Below are positions 62,579-64,000 of a stretch of 64,000 nt of DNA, in pieces (position 1 is the first letter of the stretch; each line of letters begins with the position of its first letter). This DNA is from Caldilineaceae bacterium bin5 (lineage in GTDB: Bacteria; Chloroflexota; Anaerolineae; Caldilineales; Caldilineaceae). The position numbers and the translations under genes were made by a program. The notes under the pieces are model-generated. The model did no database searches and was not told where the DNA came from. It was given only the letters and a program-made list of their open reading frames with translations. The DNA lies in the NCBI GenBank assembly GCA_002238445.1, contig MPML01000008.1, forward strand, positions 45,599 through 109,598. The letters run 5' to 3'.

Positions 62579-64000
62579 TCATTCATATATGTTTTCCATC
62601 TGCCAGGCTTCAAGCGAAACGACGCGAGCGTCCTGGCCCTGCGAGCGCAGTGAGACGCCGATGCTGTCCTCCCGCTCGGGATAGACGCGCGTGGCCACGC
62701 ACTGCTTGCCGTTGACGAAGACTTCGACGACGCTTTTGTCGACGAAAACTCTGAGGCGCAGCGGTTCATCCCTATCGAGGAAGACCGGTCCGGTCTCCGG
62801 CGCCCGCGAAAGGACGTCGGGCGCGAGGGAGGCGTGGGAGGCGTCGATGGAGATGAGGCTGTAGGTGGCCGCGGCCAGCTTTTCCCGTTGCTCGTCGCTG
62901 AGGAGACTGCTGCTGAAGAATCCGGGCCCAGCGCCGTCGTTGACGGCGGCCAGCATGTCCCGCATCCAGCTTTCGGACAGCTCCCAGTAGCGGAAGCCGC
63001 GCTCGCGATAGAAGGCGATACGGGTGTACTCCTCACTGCCGGGGGAGCGCAGCACATTCAACTCGATTAACGGCGCGTCGTTGTCTTCGATCTCCATCAT
63101 CAGCTCGATCGCGTTTCCCCTGATGCTCCCCAATACGATCTCTTGATTGGCCGGCAGGGTCAAATCGGTGATCTGCCGGTGCTCCCGGCGCAGCGATTCG
63201 ACATCGCCAGCGGGTTCGACCAGCAGCGTGTCGCGGCCGATTTTGTCGGTGCCCTGCAGCGTCAGGCGGCGCGGCAGCGTCATGATCTGGTTCCAGCCCT
63301 CGGTCGGTTTGGCCGGGTTCATGTTGAAAATGACGTTGACGCCGCCTTTGCCGTCGGGCGTTGCCGATGGGGCATGGACGCCGCCCGGCTCGGAGGCACC
63401 GAAGTTGAAATCATGGTGCGAGGTGACGACGAACTTGTCACGTTCTGTGTCATAGTCGCCCAAGAGGGCCTGACCGCCGCTCATGTGGCCGTAAAAAAGG
63501 AGGATGTGGCGGTCGCCGATTGGCCAGAAATAGGGGCAGGCGCCGTCGTCGCCGACGAGCGTGAAGCGGTCATCTTCCACAAACGGGTGCAGATAGTCCC
63601 AGTCGACCAGGCTCGACGAGCGAAAGAGGAAGTTGGCGCGGGTGCGCCTGCCGGAGGCTGCGTGGGGCAGGATACTGCCGGAAAGGGCGTAGTAGTGGTC
63701 CCCTTTCTTCCAGATGCAGGGATCGAAGACCCGATAGGGCAGGGGCGAGCCGTCGGCACTGGCCTTGGGAATGACCGGCGCGCCGGTGAGCTTTTCCCAA
63801 TTGAGCAGCAGGGGATCATGCGAGACGGCCACCATGTTGCCCACCGTGGTGCCGTGATACATGGCGATAACTCGATCCTCTTCGACCAGCGCCGCGCCCG
63901 AATAGCAGCGTTCCTCCGGATTGGGGTAGATGGCATAGGGAAGGTCCTGCCAGTGGATGAGATCATCGCTGATGGCGTGGCCCCAATGTTGACGCGGGTC
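62579..64000 (-). CDS. GH32-like glycoside hydrolase (beta-fructofuranosidase/levanase fold), 5' end outside window
   Basis: The frame stays open from 63862 to the window edge (DPRQHWGHAISDDLIHWQDLPYAIYP...). Beta-propeller segments are followed by a C-terminal beta-sandwich with LRVFVDKSVVEVFVNGKQCVATRVYP, typical of GH32. Confidence 0.8.
   Translation of the reverse strand, partial: DPRQHWGHAISDDLIHWQDLPYAIYPNPEERCYSGAALVEEDRVIAMYHGTTVGNMVAVSHDPLLLNWEKLTGAPVIPKASADGSPLPYRVFDPCIWKKGDHYYALSGSILPHAASGRRTRANFLFRSSSLVDWDYLHPFVEDDRFTLVGDDGACPYFWPIGDRHILLFYGHMSGGQALLGDYDTERDKFVVTSHHDFNFGASEPGGVHAPSATPDGKGGVNVIFNMNPAKPTEGWNQIMTLPRRLTLQGTDKIGRDTLLVEPAGDVESLRREHRQITDLTLPANQEIVLGSIRGNAIELMMEIEDNDAPLIELNVLRSPGSEEYTRIAFYRERGFRYWELSESWMRDMLAAVNDGAGPGFFSSSLLSDEQREKLAAATYSLISIDASHASLAPDVLSRAPETGPVFLDRDEPLRLRVFVDKSVVEVFVNGKQCVATRVYPEREDSIGVSLRSQGQDARVVSLEAWQMENIYE

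Overview
GC-rich bacterial chromosomal window. Gene content and the 16S sequence look Chloroflexota-like, but that is only a guess and needs a 16S search. The window is mostly housekeeping and metabolic genes on both strands. There is one complete rRNA operon on the minus strand (16S, tRNA-Ile(GAU), 23S, 5S; about 38188-43422) with a near-consensus promoter. Directly upstream on the same strand lies a biotin-dependent acyl-CoA carboxylase operon (carboxyltransferase, unknown 228-aa ORF, biotin carboxylase, BCCP), with birA nearby. Other confident calls: rho, fumC, glmU, cdd, galM, Crp/Fnr regulator, GAF-PAS histidine kinase, two BMP-type ABC permeases, ArsA/GET3-like ATPase, LysM/M23 peptidase, VapBC module, HNH endonuclease pair, two aminotransferases and several hydrolases/oxidoreductases. 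No CRISPR array, prophage or autonomous IS was seen. Three observations stand out. (1) A DUF3179 gene (9544-10548) has a single in-frame UGA where the first Cys of its CxxC motif is expected, followed by a SECIS-like hairpin, so it is a candidate selenoprotein. (2) A roughly 300-bp MITE-like element occurs five times, always in the same orientation and always intergenic. It has terminal inverted repeats, a perfect 8-bp target-site duplication in one copy, and a conserved two-hairpin core with compensatory substitutions. (3) A 58-nt segment repeated 101 nt downstream splits the N-terminus of the LysM/M23 peptidase gene into two frames. Many long ORFs in the supplied track are antisense shadows typical of GC-rich DNA, or lie inside rRNA genes, and were rejected.
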